In this document: piece after piece, positions 1 through 9,941 of the stretch
How positions within the stretch are numbered: the first letter of the stretch is position 1
Layout of the letters: the number at the start of each line of letters is the position of its first letter
DNA from: Bryobacterales bacterium
Lineage (GTDB): Bacteria; Acidobacteriota; Terriglobia; Bryobacterales; UBA6623
Direction: 5' to 3'
Assembly (NCBI GenBank): GCA_963422375.2
Contig: CAXXKD010000001.1
Location: forward strand, 32,001-96,000
DNA: 64,000 nucleotides
The notes under the pieces: generated by a model
Told to the model about the DNA's origin: nothing
What the model saw: the letters and a program-made list of their open reading frames with translations, nothing else
Databases searched by the model: none
Made by a program: the position numbers and the translations under genes

Positions 1-673
1 GCGCACCGCCTCGATGCTGATGCCCTTGATGAAGTTGAAGTTCTGGTACAGGGCCAGTCCGGCGAACTCGGCGTCCGGCACGGAATCCACGGCGTCCACG
101 GTCATCGTGAAGCCGCGCGGGGCCAGGCCGTTGATCGACATCTTCCAGCCGCCGTCCGTTATGGCCGCGCCGGTGCCCAGAGAAGAGGATGCCGGTGATG
201 TCACGGTTGATCATCGGCAGTTCGTCCACCTGCGTCTCGTTCAGCGAGATGTCCTGTTCGGCGTTGACGGTGTTCATCAGCGGCGCCGCCCCGGTGACGG
301 TAACCGTCTCCGTGGTTGCACCGATCTCCAAGGTGTAGTTCAGGTTGGCTCGCTGGCCGGTCGCAAGCTGCAACCCCTCGACCGTGGTGGCCTTGAATCC
401 GTCGGCCGTGAGGACGACGGTGTAACTGCCCGGCGGAATGAAGGTGATCGCGAACTGGCCGTCCTCGCCGGAGGTCTTCGACATCTCCTGACCGGTGGAC
501 TCGTTCGCAATGTTGACTTCAGTTCCGGGAATGACGGAGCCGCTCGGGTCGAGCACGAGGCCTTGGAGGGTGGCCGTCGTGACCTGCGCCTCCAAGCCCA
601 CGTGCAAGCCCAGAGCCAGCAGGCAGAGCGCGCCTGCCCGGAGCAGGCGTGAGCCGGGTCGATGCATGCACAT
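1..673 (-). CDS. TonB-dependent receptor with carboxypeptidase regulatory-like N-domain (5' part; runs off the window)
   Basis: Not in the ORF track because it has no stop in the window. Manual translation from ATG 673 gives MCMHRPGSRLLRAGALCLLALGLHVGLEAQVTTATLQGLVLDPSGSVIPG...LPMINRDITGILSLGTG...INGLAPRGFTMTVDAVDSVPDAEF. RBS GAAAGGAG lies upstream. Close paralogue of 997..4134. Confidence 0.9.
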   Translation of the reverse strand, partial: MCMHRPGSRLLRAGALCLLALGLHVGLEAQVTTATLQGLVLDPSGSVIPGTEVNIANESTGQEMSKTSGEDGQFAITFIPPGSYTVVLTADGFKATTVEGLQLATGQRANLNYTLEIGATTETVTVTGAAPLMNTVNAEQDISLNETQVDELPMINRDITGILFSGHRRGHNGRRLEDVDQRPGPARLHDDRGRRGFRAGRRVRRTGPVPELQLHQGHQHRGGA

Positions 674-889
674 GGCGTTCTAACTCCTTTCTCTCGAGTT
701 CGCCGCCGAAGGCGTCCCCGCGCTGACCGCGCCGCGCGGTCCCCAACGGCACCGCCTGTCGAATCACTCGTGCCTACGCAGAACCGGCGATTCGAGGTGC
801 AGCTGTCGACTCGAGACGCCCTACAATCCGTCGAGCGAGCTGTCCTGCGAGTCTGGGCGCCGCTGCGCCCCCGCGGGAGCCGGCACGGC

Positions 890-918
890 TTGACAGGCGG
901 ACCGAGGTGTAGTCGAAT
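890..918 (+). promoter_or_regulatory. Possible sigma70 promoter (TTGACA-17 nt-TCGAAT)
   Basis: Perfect -35 at 890-895 with a weak -10, upstream of the receptor gene at 997. Confidence 0.3.
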
Positions 919-996
919 TGTGGCGCCCTTCAGGGGCTTCGAGTGCCGCTTGCGACAGACGAATCCCTTCGGCGGGGCCGTCGAGAAAGGAAAACT

Positions 997-3900
997 GTGC
1001 AACGAATGCAACCGAATCCAGCGCGCGCATGGGCTCTCAATGCGATTGTGCTGGGCCTAGCGTGCTTGGCGCTTCAGACGGGCGTCCAGGCCCAAGTCAC
1101 CACCGCGACCGTCTACGGTCGCGTGATCGATCCATCGGGGGCGGTCATCCCCGGTGCCAGCGTCGGAGCGTCCAACGAGGCCACCGGCGCCGAATACTCC
1201 ACCGTCTCCGGCAGCGGCGGGGAATTCACGATCGTGTTCCTGCCCGCCGGCACCTACTCGCTCGCCATCACGGCGGAGGGCTTCAAGTCCTATCTGGAAA
1301 CCGGCCTGACGCTCGCCTCGGGCCAGCGCCATAACCGGGACTACGGACTGGAGATCGGCGCGACCGCCGAAACCGTCACCGTCACTTCGGAGGCGCCCCT
1401 CATGAACACGGTGAACGCCGAGCAGGACATCGCGCTGAACCAGAACCAGGTAGCCGAGCTGCCGATGATCAATCGCGACATCACGGGCATCCTGACGCTC
1501 GGCACGGGCGCTTCTCTGACAGACGGAGGCTGGACGCTGTCCATCAACGGCCTCGCCCCCCGCGGCTTCACGATGACGGTCGACGCCGTCGATGCCGTGC
1601 CGGACGCCGAGTTCGCGGGCATGGCGCTGTACCAGAACTTCAACTTCATCAAGGGCATCAGCGTCGAGGCCGTCCAGGAGGTCGAGACCTCGAAGAACAT
1701 CTTCTCCGCCGAGGTTAGCCACACCATCGCGGGCAACGTCAACCTCATCAGCAAGAGCGGCACGAACGCCCTACACGGCAGCCTGTTCGAGATGTACCAG
1801 TCGGGCGGCCTGCACGCTAACAACTTCCTGGTCGGGACGAAGGCGCCGCTCGTGTACCACCAATACGGCGGCTCGATCGGCGGCCCGATCAAGAAGGACG
1901 AACTGTTCTACTTCGCGACCTTCGAGGGCTACCGCTTCGGCGGCAAGACGCCAGTGCCCGGCGACGTCTGGTCCAGCGGCATGCGCCAGAGGATCCTGCA
2001 GGCCCTTCCCGATGCGTCCACGTACATGAGTCTGTGGCCCGAGCCGACCGAGCCGGACGGGCCCGACCTCGACCCGAGCGACCCGGCCTGCGGGAGTCTG
2101 GAGCCGGGCGTCCGCTGCCTCTCGCCGACGACGTTCTGGGGCGGCCAGGGCGACGAGACGCGCAAGGACGACCATTTTGTCGGCAAGATCGACTGGAACG
2201 CGTCGAGCAGGGACTTCCTGACCTTCCGCTACGTCGGCGGCGTGCCCCTGCGCCGGATTCCGCGCACGATGATCGGCAACGGTCGGCAGTGGGACGGCAT
2301 CAACCAGAACGGCGCCTTCACGTGGACCAGGATCATCAGCCCCACGATGACCTCGGAGACGCGCTGGGGCACTAACGTGAACGCCATCAACCGCCTCGAC
2401 GTGGCCTTCGCCGCGAACAAGATCCCGTTCATCCGAGGCTTCGGCAACCCGTCCGAGCCAGGAGCCGAGGTCTTCGCCAAGGACGGGCACACCTCGACGC
2501 TGACCCAGAACTTCGCCAAGACGGTCGGCAAGCACTCCCTGAAATGGGGCGGCATGTACCGCTACATGAGCGGGACCCGCGTCAACGAGGAATCGCCCGT
2601 CTACACGTACGAGACGCAGGCGGACCTGCTCGCGAACCGCATCACCTCGGCCAGGTTCATCTTCTCGCTCGAGAAGTTTCTCTGGACGCGCTGGTTCCTG
2701 GGCGGCTTCTTCCAGGACGACATCCGGCTCACGCCCAAGTTCATGCTGAATCTGGGCGTGCGCTGGGACTACGCCTCCGTGGTGCGCTCCAACCAGGTGG
2801 ATGGGATCAGCGACAACGTCTTCAACCGCGACGGGCCGTTCGGGCAGCCGGGCGCTTCGCTCGATAACCTAGGCGCTCTTTTCCGCCCGGCGGACAGCGC
2901 CTGGGACGCCTACTACAGGATGTTTTCGCCGCGCCTCAGCTTCGCCTACACCCTGGACGACGAGGGCAAGACCGTCGTTCGCGGCGGAGCCGGGATCTTC
3001 TACATGCCGAACAACATGTTCTCCGGAGCGATCGAGATCCTGTCGAACGGCCCGGACGCTCCGGTCGAGCTGCGAGCCGACCTGAACACGGCCAAGGCGC
3101 TCGGGCTGAAATACGGCGACGCAAACGAGGTGGCGCTCGCCGGCGCCCAGGCGAGCGGGAACATTTCCGGCAGCTCGGTCGACCCGTACCGGGTGCCGCC
3201 GTACAGCCTGCAGTACTCGCTGGGCATCCAGCGGCAGCTCGACCGCTCGACCGTGTGGGAGATCGGGTACGTCGGCAACCGAGGCGTACGCACGATCTAC
3301 AGTCCCGACTGGAACCGCCTCGTTCCGAACACCGGAGCCCTCAAGCTCAGCCAAGTGCAAGGCCTCGCCGGCAACTTCGGTCAGAACTTCCGCTATTACC
3401 AGAACGCGGACTCTACCGGCTACCACAGCCTCCAGACGTCGCTGAAGAGACGCTTCGCAGACAGTTTCCAGTACAATCTCAACTACACGTACGGGTGGAA
3501 CTGGGCGCACTTCCGCGGCGACATGACGTGCTGCGGGCGCAGCGAGAATCCGCAGAACCAGTTCAACATGCCCAACAACAGGGGGCCCACTTCCTACCAC
3601 CTCCGCCATCGGTTTACGACCGACTTCTTCTGGGAACTCCCCGGAAAGAACATGCAGAGCGCCGCCAAGCACCTTGCCGGAGGGTGGACCGTGGGAGGTA
3701 TTTTCGAGGTGCGCTCGGGATTCACGATCCCGGTCAGCAGCAGCACGAGCACGAATCCGGGAGCCCGGCCGGACATTCTGACGACCCATGCGCAGGCCAT
3801 CGCGAGCAACTGGGGACCGAACCAGCGCCAGTACCTGAACCGCGATTCCTTTGCTCTGCCGCCAGTGGACGACAACGGCGTGAACATCCGGCCCGGGACG

Positions 3901-4134
3901 CTGTCGCGCAGAGCGCTGTACGGGCCCGGCTTCAAGAACATCGACTTCGTGCTGCAGAAGAACTTCTACGCCGCCGAGCAGCACCGCCTGCAGCTCCGCA
4001 TCGACTTCTATAACATGTTCAACACCGTCAACTTCACGCGGGTGAACCAGAACGCGCGCTCCGGTACGTTCGGGTTGCTCAACAGCGTGGCTCCGCCACG
4101 CCGCGTGCAGCTGATGCTCCGGTACTCGTTCTAG
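997..4134 (+). CDS. TonB-dependent receptor (Acidobacterial carboxypeptidase-regulatory/Oar-like type)
   Basis: Signal peptide ending VQA-Q, VIDPSGAVIPGA domain, plug region, LNLGVRWDY and FSPRLSFAY strands, C-terminal LRYSF. Start taken as GTG 997 (RBS GAGAAAGG); ATG 1006 is the alternative. Confidence 0.93.
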   Translation: MQRMQPNPARAWALNAIVLGLACLALQTGVQAQVTTATVYGRVIDPSGAVIPGASVGASNEATGAEYSTVSGSGGEFTIVFLPAGTYSLAITAEGFKSYLETGLTLASGQRHNRDYGLEIGATAETVTVTSEAPLMNTVNAEQDIALNQNQVAELPMINRDITGILTLGTGASLTDGGWTLSINGLAPRGFTMTVDAVDAVPDAEFAGMALYQNFNFIKGISVEAVQEVETSKNIFSAEVSHTIAGNVNLISKSGTNALHGSLFEMYQSGGLHANNFLVGTKAPLVYHQYGGSIGGPIKKDELFYFATFEGYRFGGKTPVPGDVWSSGMRQRILQALPDASTYMSLWPEPTEPDGPDLDPSDPACGSLEPGVRCLSPTTFWGGQGDETRKDDHFVGKIDWNASSRDFLTFRYVGGVPLRRIPRTMIGNGRQWDGINQNGAFTWTRIISPTMTSETRWGTNVNAINRLDVAFAANKIPFIRGFGNPSEPGAEVFAKDGHTSTLTQNFAKTVGKHSLKWGGMYRYMSGTRVNEESPVYTYETQADLLANRITSARFIFSLEKFLWTRWFLGGFFQDDIRLTPKFMLNLGVRWDYASVVRSNQVDGISDNVFNRDGPFGQPGASLDNLGALFRPADSAWDAYYRMFSPRLSFAYTLDDEGKTVVRGGAGIFYMPNNMFSGAIEILSNGPDAPVELRADLNTAKALGLKYGDANEVALAGAQASGNISGSSVDPYRVPPYSLQYSLGIQRQLDRSTVWEIGYVGNRGVRTIYSPDWNRLVPNTGALKLSQVQGLAGNFGQNFRYYQNADSTGYHSLQTSLKRRFADSFQYNLNYTYGWNWAHFRGDMTCCGRSENPQNQFNMPNNRGPTSYHLRHRFTTDFFWELPGKNMQSAAKHLAGGWTVGGIFEVRSGFTIPVSSSTSTNPGARPDILTTHAQAIASNWGPNQRQYLNRDSFALPPVDDNGVNIRPGTLSRRALYGPGFKNIDFVLQKNFYAAEQHRLQLRIDFYNMFNTVNFTRVNQNARSGTFGLLNSVAPPRRVQLMLRYSF

Positions 4135-4150
4135 CTGGCAGCGGTCGGCG

Positions 4151-4180
4151 AGCGGGGTCCGTCGCGAGGCGGGCCCCGCT
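4151..4180 (+). terminator. Stem-loop downstream of the receptor gene
   Basis: AGCGGGGTCCGTC-GCGA-GGCGGGCCCCGCT forms a 13-bp stem with two G-U pairs and a GNRA loop. No U-tract. Confidence 0.5.
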
Positions 4181-4189
4181 ATGCCGCTC

Positions 4190-4700
4190 CCTAGTGCATG
4201 GAGCGGCGAACTCGTACTCCGAGCTGGAAGTCAGCGGCGAGGGTGTGCCGCTGGGCGTCCTGCGCATCGAGCGCGACGCGCCGGGCGGCTGGACCGATCG
4301 CAGCAAGCCGCCCGAATGGCGCTAGCTGCACCGCTGCGTGCGTGGCCTGCGGAATTGCCGGGACCTTGCCGCGCAGCTGGGCGGTGAAAGGCCGGTCTCT
4401 GTGATCGAACGGGAATGCAATGTGGCACTGCGCTGGCGGGCCGTGGATCTGGCCCAGCCGCTGGAATGGTTCCTGCGGACTAGCGCGAAGCTGCGGCCGG
4501 ACCACGAGCGAATCCTGCGCTGGTTCGGCTGGCGCTGGCGCATCGACGACTGGCACCGCGCGCTGAGAACGGGCTGCAAGGTGGAGCATCTGGGGCACCG
4601 CGTAGGTGGGCTTCGAACGGGCTGTGACGATCGGGCGGTGATCGCAATGCACCTGACGGCGATGACGCTGTTGTGCCGCGAGACGAAAGGACCATGTCTT
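4190..4700 (+). pseudogene. IS4-family (IS50/Tn5-like) transposase remnant
   Basis: Fragments LEVSGEGVPLGVLR and PLEWFLRTS...WRWRIDDWHRALRTGCKVEHL...AMTLLCRE resemble the IS4 Y-R-E-K signature region. Frameshifted and deleted; boundaries approximate. Confidence 0.75.
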
Positions 4701-5248
4701 AAGAGCCACTCCCGGCACCGATCGAATTGTCCCATCCGACGCGCCGTCCTCGTTAAGGATTCCCGCGAAACACAGCCCCCTTCGTGATGCCGAACGCGCT
4801 AAACCGACGGATGGCTCAGCGGACCGAGATGGAGCGCGTCCGGGCGTTCCAATCCAGTGATTTGCGAAGTGAGCCGCTGAACCCGCGGAGCAACGCCGGA
4901 ATGTCGGGTCTTTCCCCGCTGATTGATTCTTTCCCACGCGCAAGCGAGCGAGATTGAACGGCACATGGTCAATCGGCGCGCGGAAGTGTTCCGAGACCGG
5001 TTCCCGCGCCGTCATCGACAGTTGCGGCCTGCCCGAACTTGCGTTCCTGCGTGTTCGATGGGCTCAATCCAGTCGTTCAGCGCTATCGACTGCAATCGAT
5101 GGTCCGCTACTATACCTTGCTACGCACGATTGGGAACTGGGCCGTTCCCGTTGGGCCCTCGCCCCGCCCGATGAAGGCGGCCGCCGCCCTCCGAGAGCCT
5201 CATTCTTCGAAGGGAGCGGCCCGTCGCTTGGCCGGCCGGTGCCGGAGC

Positions 5249-5278
5249 TTGACGGGCGCGGTGCCTAGCGGGTAGCTT
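5249..5278 (+). promoter_or_regulatory. Possible sigma70 promoter (TTGACG-18 nt-TAGCTT)
   Basis: Motif match about 70 bp upstream of ATG 5348. Confidence 0.35.
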
Positions 5279-5347
5279 GGTGTCGATTCGGAAGTGCGAG
5301 GAACGCAGGTGCGTCTCGGTGGCGCACTTGGCGCAGGGTGGAATGGA

Positions 5348-8300
5348 ATGAAATCTGGAATCTTTTTGGCTTGTCGGCTGGGTGTCGGTGTTCTGGCGCT
5401 CGCGAGCGCAGTGTGGGCGCAGGGAGTGTCCGGCAGCGCGTCGGTCGCGGGCACGGTCACGGACGAGTCCGGGGCGGTCATCCCCGGTGCCGACGTCCTC
5501 CTCATCAATGTCGAGCGCGGCTCGGAGCAGGCTCTCTCCACTAACGAGGCGGGCAACTACGCCTACCCCGATATCACGCCCGGGGCCTATACCGTGCGTG
5601 TCTCGAGCGACGGCTTCGCGACGCAGGAAGTGACGGACTTGGCGGTGCAGGTGGGCCAACGCGCCGTGGTCAACGTCGAGCTGGCGGTCGGGCAGGTCAC
5701 CAACGTGGTGACCGTCGAGGCGGCCGCCGTGCTGCTGGAGACCGAATCGAACGTCATCGGCACAGTAGTCGATTCCGAACGGGTCAACGAGCTGCCGCTA
5801 AACGGCCGCAACTTCCTGCAGCTCGCGCTGCTTGCGGGCGGCACCGCGCCCTCCGAGGGACGTGCGTCGTTCCAAGGGCAGATCGGCCACCAGGGCCGCT
5901 TTGTGGTTGTGGGCGGCGTCAAGGCGGCCAACAACAGCTACACCGTCAACGGGATCCAGATCCGGGGAGCGCGGGGCGGAGAGCTCGCTGTCAACCTCTC
6001 CCTGGCCAACGTCGACCAGTTCAAGGTCCAGTCGAGCTTTTTCATGCCCGACCAAGGGCCGAACCCTGCCATGGTCAACGTGACCACCAACGGTGGCGGG
6101 AACGAATTCCACGGCCAGGCCTTCGAGTTCGTCCGCAATACGGTCCTCGACGCGCGCAACTTCTTCGCTCCGGGCCCGGAGGAGCTCAAGCGCAACCAGT
6201 TCGGGTTCGCCGTCGGCGGGCCGATCGCGCGCAACAAGATGTGGTTCTACACGGGCTACGAAGGCATGCGCGAGAGGGTCGCGTTCTCGCGGGGCGTCTT
6301 CACTCCAACGCAGGCCATGTTCGGCGGCGACTTCACCGAGGACCCGTTCGTGATCCATGACCCCAACACCCTGAACGAGGCCGCAGGCACCCGGGATCGG
6401 TTTCCGAACCAGACCGTCCCCAAGAGCCGCTTCAACTCGGTTTCCGAGAACCTGCTGCAGTACTACCTGCCCGGCTCGAGCTTCAACGTGCGGCCCAGCA
6501 ACCTGTTCGTGCATCCCCGGAACACGGTCGACGACAACCAATTCAACGTCCGCGTCGACACGGACCTCACGCCGAATCAGAAGCTGTTCAGCCAGTACAT
6601 CCAGGCGGATGCCTCGGCAGTTCGCCCCGGGGCCTTCCCCCTGAGCGGGGCGTTCTACCCGAACGAGTTCGCGATGTGGATGCTCCAGCACACCTACACG
6701 CTCTCGCCCAAGTGGGTGAGTACCTTCCGCGTGGGCATCTCGCGCAACCAGGCGCTGTTCAGCAACGAGGCGCGCGAGGTCGGCGACATTCTCACCCCGC
6801 TTGGCATCACCGGCACGTTCGACACGCGCGGCGTCTTCTCGCAGGGGATCCAGGGATTCAGCGGGTTCGGGCGCTCCAACGGCGACCTCGGGAACATCGA
6901 CAACAACTACCAGCTAGATTTCGGCGTCAGCTACATTGCGGGCAACCACCAGTACCGCTTCGGGTCCAGCATCCGATACCGCAGGACCTGGCAGCAGAAC
7001 GCCAACGCGGGCGCCCACGGCAACCTGCGCTACAACCGGGTCTACTCGGCCCAGCTCACGCGGAACGCCGCCGGCAAGCTCGTGCCGAGCGGGGGGGACA
7101 GCGGCAACGCGTTCGTCGATTACCTGCTGGGGATGCCCGACAGGGGCAGCACGCGCGGCTTGCCGATGTTGCAGTACCGCCACACGCAGTACAACCCGTA
7201 CATCCAAGACACGTGGAAGGTCCGGCGGAACCTGACGGTGAACTGGGGCATGTCCTGGTTCAAGGACACGATTCCGAACCCCTACGGCCGGGCGGCCGAC
7301 TATCCGCATGGCTTCGACCCGGCCACTGGTCTCTTGGAATTCGCGGTCCTGGGGCAGGTCGATCCTCGCGTCATCCAGCCGGACAGCGACAATTTCGCGC
7401 CCCGGCTCGGTGTGGCGTGGCAGCTTGACGAAAAAACCGTCGTCCGCGCGGGCGCGGGCGCCTACTTCTCCGACATGCAGCTGATCGAGCTCCAGTTCTC
7501 CGCGGTAGGACCGCCGTTCACGAACAGCATCGACGTGATCAACACCGGCAAGCTGATGCCCGAGTTCGTCCCGGGAGTCAACATCTACCCGGTCGTGCCG
7601 CTGCCGCCGATCGACGAGAACTTCGCGCGCGACCTGCCCGGCGGCATCACGCCGTTCACGCTTCAGGAAGAGGGGCGCACCCCGTACGTCCAGCAGTGGA
7701 ACCTGTCGATCCAGCGGGAGCTGACCCCCGACGACCTGCTGGAGATCAGTTATCTGGGCAACAGCGGCCACCGTCAGCAGAACCGCTACGACAACAATCA
7801 GTGCCGAGTCGGATCGGACCTGTTCTGCGACCGGGCGACCCGGCCCTACCTGCGATACCGCTCGATCCTCCAGTCGGACTTCAACGCGAATTCGAGCTAC
7901 AACGCCCTTGTCGGCCGCTACCACCACAGCTTCTCGCACGGGGTCGACTTCCGCGCTGAGTACACCTTCGGCAAGGCGCTCTACGACGGATGGGAGCTAG
8001 GTGGTGCGACGAACAACCAGATCGCGAACCACCGCGCGCTCGACAAGGGTCCGACTTCGTTCAACATCAAGCACCGCGGCGTGATCAGCCTGCTCTGGCA
8101 ACTGCCTTTCGGGCGGGGACGGGCTATGGGGTCCGCCATGCCGAGGGGTCTCGATTACGCGGTAGGCGGGTGGCAGCTGACCACGATCGCGACCTTTTCC
8201 AGCGGTCTCCCGATCTTCATCACCGTTCCGAACCGTACCGGCAGCCCGTTCGTCGGGCATCGTCCCAACCGAATTTGCTCCGGCGAACTGCAAGGTGCCG

Positions 8301-8605
8301 ACCTGAGGAGCAGCCTGCAGTTCATCGACACCAAGTGCTTCGAGAACACCGAGCGCGGCTACTTCGGCAATTCGTCGCGCGCGCCCATCAGCGGGCCGGG
8401 ACGCAACGTCTTCGACATCGGGATCCAGAAGGAGTTCACCGTCTCGGAATCCACCTACGTGCAGCTCCGCGTGGAGATGTTCAACGCGTTCAACCACGCC
8501 CAGTTCCGCAATCCCAACGGGAGCGTCGCCAACCGGAACTTCGGGCTGGTCAGCTCGGCGCGCCCGCCTCGCTTGGTCCAGATGGGCCTGAAGCTCGTCT
8601 TCTAG
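5348..8605 (+). CDS. TonB-dependent receptor
   Basis: Signal peptide (AVWA-Q), GTVTDESGAVIPGA, LPLNGRNFLQLALL, FAPRLGVAW, C-terminal GLKLVF. Confidence 0.93.
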   Translation: MKSGIFLACRLGVGVLALASAVWAQGVSGSASVAGTVTDESGAVIPGADVLLINVERGSEQALSTNEAGNYAYPDITPGAYTVRVSSDGFATQEVTDLAVQVGQRAVVNVELAVGQVTNVVTVEAAAVLLETESNVIGTVVDSERVNELPLNGRNFLQLALLAGGTAPSEGRASFQGQIGHQGRFVVVGGVKAANNSYTVNGIQIRGARGGELAVNLSLANVDQFKVQSSFFMPDQGPNPAMVNVTTNGGGNEFHGQAFEFVRNTVLDARNFFAPGPEELKRNQFGFAVGGPIARNKMWFYTGYEGMRERVAFSRGVFTPTQAMFGGDFTEDPFVIHDPNTLNEAAGTRDRFPNQTVPKSRFNSVSENLLQYYLPGSSFNVRPSNLFVHPRNTVDDNQFNVRVDTDLTPNQKLFSQYIQADASAVRPGAFPLSGAFYPNEFAMWMLQHTYTLSPKWVSTFRVGISRNQALFSNEAREVGDILTPLGITGTFDTRGVFSQGIQGFSGFGRSNGDLGNIDNNYQLDFGVSYIAGNHQYRFGSSIRYRRTWQQNANAGAHGNLRYNRVYSAQLTRNAAGKLVPSGGDSGNAFVDYLLGMPDRGSTRGLPMLQYRHTQYNPYIQDTWKVRRNLTVNWGMSWFKDTIPNPYGRAADYPHGFDPATGLLEFAVLGQVDPRVIQPDSDNFAPRLGVAWQLDEKTVVRAGAGAYFSDMQLIELQFSAVGPPFTNSIDVINTGKLMPEFVPGVNIYPVVPLPPIDENFARDLPGGITPFTLQEEGRTPYVQQWNLSIQRELTPDDLLEISYLGNSGHRQQNRYDNNQCRVGSDLFCDRATRPYLRYRSILQSDFNANSSYNALVGRYHHSFSHGVDFRAEYTFGKALYDGWELGGATNNQIANHRALDKGPTSFNIKHRGVISLLWQLPFGRGRAMGSAMPRGLDYAVGGWQLTTIATFSSGLPIFITVPNRTGSPFVGHRPNRICSGELQGADLRSSLQFIDTKCFENTERGYFGNSSRAPISGPGRNVFDIGIQKEFTVSESTYVQLRVEMFNAFNHAQFRNPNGSVANRNFGLVSSARPPRLVQMGLKLVF

Positions 8606-8865
8606 GAGACGTGCGCCGGCCGGTTGCCGTCGGCGCAACCGGAGACACGGGTTATGAGCCGCCGCTGCCTCCCGGTCACGCGGCGGCTAGCACGTGGCGG
8701 ACGGCAAGGTCGGGCGGCCGGACGGTCCTCTTGTCTCGGGGCGGCTACTCCCAGAGTGGGTCGGCCCGGTTTCCGCGAGGGCGGCCCGATTCTCCGCGGT
8801 CCCGCGTCTCTCGGGCTGGCCTCGGGCCGGTCGAGAGGGTACGATTGTCGCGGAGGTCGATTCCC

Positions 8866-9891
8866 GTGATTCGTCGCACGTTCCTGGCGGCCGGCCTGGC
8901 TGCGCCGCTGGCCGCGTCTTCCACGCCCGGCCGAGCCGTCCGCATCGCGTTCCTCGGGGCCAGCCACTCGCACGGCGCCGGCAAGATCCGCGCGGCCTCG
9001 CGGTCGCGCGACTACGAGATCGCAGGCTTGTGGGACGACGACGCGAGCGTCCGCGCCAAGTACAAGGAGCAGGGAATCCGCATCGCGGATCCCGACCGGC
9101 TGCTCGGCGATTCCTCGATCGACGCCGTCGCGGTGGAAGGGCCGGTGGCGGACCACGCCCGTGACGGGTTGCGCACGGTCGAGGCCGGGAAGCACCTCCA
9201 CCTGGAGAAGCCGCCGGCGCTCGACGTGGAGTCGCTCCGGGACATTCTCGGCGTCGCGTCGCGCAAGGGGCTGGTGGTCCAGCAGGGGTACATGTGGCGC
9301 TACCACCCGGGCCTCAACCGCATGCTGGAAGCTGCGCGCCGGGGTTGGCTGGGCGAGATCCACTTGGTCCAGGCCGCGATGCACAAGACCTTGGGCGAGG
9401 ACGCGCGCCGGGACTGGGCGAGGTTTCGCGGAGGCCAGATGTTCGAGCTGGGCCCTCACGTCATCGACCCGCTCGTGCGCCTGCTGGGCCGGCCTAACCG
9501 CGTGACGCCGTACCTCAAGAAGCACGGGGACTTCGACGACACCCTGGCGGACAACACCGTGGCGGTGTTCGAGCATTCGGGCGCGCTGGGGCTTGTCACG
9601 GGAGCGGCGCTCGCGGCCAATGGCAGCAGCTACCGCAGCTTCGAGATCCACGGCACGAACGGCGTGGCCACTCTGCGGCCGATCGAGCCGCCGAGGCTGG
9701 TCCTTGATCTGGTCGAGGCGGCCGGGCCCTATCCCGAGGGTGCCCGGGAAGTCGGCCTGCCGCCCTACGAGCGGTATATTGGGGACCTTGCCGCCTTGGC
9801 TGCGGCAGTGCGCGGCGAGAAGCCGCTCCACGTTTCCTACGACGAGGACATTGTGGTGCAGGAGGCGCTGATCGCCGCGTCGGGGATGTGA
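8866..9891 (+). CDS. Gfo/Idh/MocA family oxidoreductase, Tat-type leader
   Basis: GTG start after GGAGG; IRRTFL twin-arginine motif; GKHLHLEKPP; ELGPHVID. The longer N-terminus in the track overlaps the receptor gene and is not accepted. Confidence 0.88.
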   Translation: MIRRTFLAAGLAAPLAASSTPGRAVRIAFLGASHSHGAGKIRAASRSRDYEIAGLWDDDASVRAKYKEQGIRIADPDRLLGDSSIDAVAVEGPVADHARDGLRTVEAGKHLHLEKPPALDVESLRDILGVASRKGLVVQQGYMWRYHPGLNRMLEAARRGWLGEIHLVQAAMHKTLGEDARRDWARFRGGQMFELGPHVIDPLVRLLGRPNRVTPYLKKHGDFDDTLADNTVAVFEHSGALGLVTGAALAANGSSYRSFEIHGTNGVATLRPIEPPRLVLDLVEAAGPYPEGAREVGLPPYERYIGDLAALAAAVRGEKPLHVSYDEDIVVQEALIAASGM

Positions 9892-9941
9892 TGCGCTTCC
9901 GGGTGCCGAGTCATCGCGAAATGTTGATAGCGGGGAGACGA

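Noticed and set aside
4900..5100. Possible minus-strand nucleotidyltransferase antitoxin remnant (VSEHFRAPIDHVP)
   Set aside because: The resemblance is too short and weak to support without a search.
7990..8865. Long N-terminal extensions in the ORF track (also 24941, 46377, 55866 and 57638)
   Set aside because: They overlap neighbouring genes or are low-complexity. Downstream starts with signal peptides or family N-termini fit better.
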